Both the position numbers and the translations under genes were made by a program. Below are positions 60,149-64,000 of a stretch of 64,000 nt of DNA, one piece after another. The DNA is from Massalongia carnosa (lineage: Eukaryota): positions 992,001 through 1,056,000 of the forward strand of contig OZ287086.1 in assembly GCA_965645245.1 (NCBI GenBank). The letters run 5' to 3'. Numbering within the stretch: the stretch's first letter is position 1; the number at the start of each line of letters is the position of its first letter. The notes under the pieces were generated by a model. That model was not told where the DNA came from, made no database searches, and worked only from the letters and a program-made list of their open reading frames with translations.

Positions 60149-61578
60149 ATGGCTGATAGAGCCAAGGCTATGCACGTGCTGAAGCGCCTGGTCTCCATGC
60201 AGGCGGTATCACAATTATCTCGAATAAGTTACCGTATAGTGCTAAATTTGAAGCACGACTCCTCTGTAGTATTGCGATGACAACGCCGAACCGTACGGAT
60301 TAGGCGACCCCCTCTTTGATTCTCCAGAGGCGAATATAGAGTACGCACCAGATGTCATTTCTCGTCCGGGTTGCTTTGTACTAACCAAACAGTATTGTCT
60401 TCGTCCACGGGCTCGGCGGCGATAGAGTGAAAACGTGGACATGGGAGGGTCGAGATAGATCGCTGTTGTGGCCGCAAGATCTCTTACCTCAAGCCTGCCC
60501 AACAGCTCGCATCCTTTCTTTTGGGTACAATGCGGACTTTGCTCACTTCTATCCGTTTGTTGGACCGAAATTCATCCCGGAGCATTTGACTATTGATGAT
60601 CACGCGACTGCAATGTTCCAGGGCCTAATCGGTCTCCGCGAGAAAACCAAAACTGTAGGAATCGGTGCACCCCTACCCTTTCCACCAGAAATATGCTAAT
60701 AGGATGTCTATGTCCAGGCTGAACGGCCAATTATTTTCGTCTCGCACAGCCTAGGGGGTCTCGTGTGCGCCAACGCGTTGTCAAGGCACAATGGTACCGA
60801 CATGGCTAGCATTACCCTCGTAGAGAGAACGATTGGAGTCGTCTTCCTTGGAACGCCCTTTGAGGGATCGTCAAAAGCAAAATGGGGAAGCAGGGCTCTA
60901 CAGATACTGGGCTGGATAAGCACCACGCATAAGCAGGATATAAAAGATCTTGAAGAGCGTTCGGCAAAGCTCATCAGCGTTAACGAAGCCTTTCAGAAAT
61001 TCCTGAAAGCACGGGATCGTTCAGAATCAAGAGAGTTTGTGGAAGTAGCTTGCTTCTTTGAACAGTATGCTATGTACAAGGGAGGGACGAAGATGGGGTT
61101 TATCGTGCCCAAGTAATCGGCTTGCCTACCTGGTATCGATCCACAGTCGATCCAGGCGAATCATGTTGATATGTGCAAGTTTGAGGATGAAGACCGAGAG
61201 GGATACAAGAGAATTTCACAAAAGTTGGTTCAATGGAGATCGGATCTTGATAGTCGATCCAAGGGATCTGGAGAGGATCGCCAGGTCTGACATCTCTTTC
61301 GCGCGCTTGAAATCAGCTGAAACCCAACAGAAACACTCGGTTCGTATGGGCGATGTTAACTTTAGGGGCAATATCGATAACAATCGAGGTGTGATTATGG
61401 GTCATGCAAACAGTACGGCCACAGACGGGGTTAGGATAACTGGAAGTAATATCACTGTAAGGATCACCTATCCTTTCGATAGCGATGTACAAGCTGATAG
61501 AACATAAAGAATACTTTCATGGCATTAACCCAAAAGACTCTGTGTAGACCGAGGGATAGGAAATGGCGGAACTACTAG
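60149..61578 (+). pseudogene. SesB-like alpha/beta hydrolase (DUF676-type) with a C-terminal amyloid-like motif; one in-frame TAA at 61114-61116
   Basis: DIVFVHGLGG, LLWPQDLLP, ARILSFGYNA, SHSLGG nucleophile elbow, FLGTPFEGS and ANHVDMCKF. Introns 60206-60269, 60341-60392, 60655-60717, 61285-61330 and from 61457. The start codon and last exon are uncertain. Confidence 0.85.
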
Positions 61579-62169
61579 TCAACATGAGGGAGTCATTCTA
61601 GGACATTATTCAGGAACATGAACTTATCAACTGACATTTTGACGTCTTTCAAAACAATGGTTCTCTTGCGCAATCACCAGCTTCGGGTGGAGGTTGACTC
61701 CTTGTGAGACGTGAAGAGCTCGCATGACAAGAGTTACAGGCTTCAAATATGCCGCAGCTAGAGGGGGCCACTTTCTAGAGCATACTTATTCGTCTTATGT
61801 TCAATCTCTAAATCCTACCTTTACTTCCGTAAGCACTTCGGAACAAAATTCTGACAAGATCTTAAGTCATTAATGAATGAATAAGCTTCTTACTTCATTA
61901 CTTCACGTAGATGCAATCACGGAGATTTATAAAGACGTACAGTCAATGCTTACGTCTGTCGAGCCTTGATAAAGTACGCTGAAATTAAAACTCGATAGAG
62001 CATCTTAATCGACAACAAAACTAAAGCTGAGACGAGCAATTACAATACATCAAGTCCTGACATCTATTCCTATCATCATCATTATGTCAGTTCGGTACGT
62101 TGACAGTATTGAGGTTCTGCCTCAAGATTCCAAAGCGTTTGAGCAAGGACTGAGGTTGACAGAAAAATC

Positions 62170-62450
62170 TTCACTGATCTATGTTAATAATTGGCGGGCG
62201 ATTCACAGAGATAAAGTGGAAGCGACATCATCAGAAGATCATGATCAAGCATTGCAGCTACTGCTGAAGATAGGAGTCAACGTGAACGCTCAAGGTGCTG
62301 ACGGCGTCATCTAATGATCATGATCGAGTGATGCAGATACTGCTCGACAAAGAGGCTAATCCCAACGCTCAATGTGATATGACAGCGCATTACAGGCTGT
62401 ATCTGCGGAAGATCATGACAAAGTAATGCAAATGTTACTTGCTGCTGATG
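62170..62450 (+). pseudogene. Degenerate ankyrin repeats
   Basis: ALQLLLKIGVNVNAQG and SALQAVSAEDHDKVMQMLL-like segments with G>A decay. Confidence 0.55.
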
Positions 62451-63199
62451 CAATAGATTAGAAACATAGCACGGATGTGACGAGCTTACTACTGATCTAG
62501 CGATATAATGGCACGCGGTGAACCAAAAAAATCCGCACATTCGCTCATAAGCGAAAATCTTCAAGTTTGATAGCTACCGTCTAACTCGTCAAAACCATCA
62601 CATTCTTGTCTATCTAGAGTTGGGCTGCTTCCTGCCATTCGCAGCACGCCGGCGCTCTGCGATCAGGGATGCTCGGCTCAGGAGGTCCAGCTTACTCGCT
62701 AGAATGCTAGCCCCTAGTGCGAGTGGCAGAGAAACTCTCAACCCCCAAAACTAAATGACCCGCTAGCGGTACCGTTCCGACTGATGCTGGCCCGACTGAT
62801 GTTCCTTCGACCAAGGCTCAACCAGGCGAGGATAAAGGGCGCTGAAAACGTATGGATTTGTTGATAACTTAATCTGAACTGGACTGAATATAAAGCTTGT
62901 ATGCATTCGATTTCCATCGTCCTGTTAGATAGTAAGGACTAACATCTAACATCCATCTAGTTGTTAGATAATAAGTGTTAGATGGTAAGGACTGTTAGAC
63001 TACCATCATGGGCATCCATCTGGTGCTTATCTTCGGTGACCCTACCACAGGGGCCGAAGTGACCTCCGGGGACAGAAAATCAGTGGACCAGCTGACTCCC
63101 TATGAAAGGGGGTCGCCGGAAAGTCTTCAATGTGACTGCTATATAATGAGTAGATAGCTCACATATAATCCACACCTTCAATGACAAGCATGCTATTAT

Positions 63200-64000
63200 A
63201 CCTACAAAGTGAATCTATATTTTCATACGTCCAAGTTGCTATATTTATTCTTTAGAAATTCCGTTTATTCAGCCGTGATTGCTGCTCTTCTTCTTCTGAA
63301 CGTCTGGAAATTTTTCATTTTATGCCTAGCTAATTAATATCTGATTAGAGCTGGATGATGAGATACAGTTTTCTAAGAGAGCCGCCTTTTGAAGAAAATA
63401 AGAGGCTAGAAGAAGGCCGTGGAAATCGGATGAACAAGTTTCGGAGAGAGGAAATTGCGCAAGTTTCATCGTTTGATGATGCTGCCACCGTAAGCGTTAC
63501 GCCTTTTCTGACTCGATCAGTTTCGAAGCAAGAGCTTATTAAACTGAATACTTGCTGATTGTCTTGTTCATTGTCATGACGCCAATTCAGGATTCTGAAG
63601 ATCTTTATTTAAGCAGGAGAACTTTCCTGCTCGGAGAAAAGTTGCAAAAGTCAAACAGTAAGCGGCGCGTATCACTGCTTGTGATTCAACTGTTAAATCA
63701 AGCTATGACACTAGTTGTAAAAGAAAATTCTTTGTGATAGGAAGACGCTCGCGAATGTCTTCTTCCCCTCGTCTTCTTCTGATGCCTGTGATCAGTCTCT
63801 GAAGTAAAGAATGATAAAAGATTGCCAGATCTTCTACACCAAATCAATTAATATAGATCTAAGCCCGGCAAGGTAATCCTTAAGGGTTTTAGAAGCAATT
63901 CTCTGTTTGACTAGCTCGGTGATTTATGAAGCTATTCTTTGCAAGATAACAGGAAAATTGGAAAAAGTCTTGTTGACTTGACCATGAATCTCGTAGCTTC
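63200..64000 (-). pseudogene. Degenerate tyrosine recombinase (DIRS/Ngaro or Crypton-type)
   Basis: Across frames on the minus strand: KTLKDYLAGLRS, RERLPIT, FATFLRAGKF, SKTDRVRKG, TFRRRAA (HSFRRGAA-like) and QLGR. Confidence 0.65.

Noticed and set aside
61113..61146. Tiny intron removing the stop in the SesB-like gene
   Set aside because: It is only 34 nt, has no branch site, shifts the frame and would delete the conserved-looking SACLPG segment.
63200..64000. Starship captain (DUF3435)
   Set aside because: The compact motif spacing fits DIRS/Ngaro/Crypton-type recombinases, and no Starship boundary is visible.

Overview
A transposon-dense accessory region from a filamentous ascomycete, judged from short fungal-type introns and the element and gene families present. 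Mobile elements include two Tc1-like DNA transposon families, two Tad-like LINEs and a near-intact TIR element encoding a DUF6589-type transposase plus a RecQ-like helicase (AcademH-like). A chromodomain Ty3/Gypsy element sits inside MITEs and is interrupted by a Copia. There are also an intact recent Ty1/Copia with identical LTRs, a second decayed Copia family, five solo LTRs with TSDs, a MITE family with a probable hAT parent relic, a Fot1-like relic and a decayed tyrosine recombinase. Host genes are an intact secreted Cys-rich/mucin-like protein, a NACHT-NLR pseudogene, and a head-to-head pair of an NB-ARC-TPR NLR and a SesB-like alpha/beta hydrolase. Manual splicing shows the NLR N-terminus and the hydrolase C-terminus share a G/N-rich motif, the layout of fungal amyloid signalling, but the motif lacks the central Q of the PP motif. 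Other notable items are an antisense Zn2Cys6-like ORF in the Gypsy element and a UGA-CAACCA readthrough junction in the Copia. Many frameshifts lie in homopolymer runs and may be assembly errors. All calls are by eye; no database searches were run.
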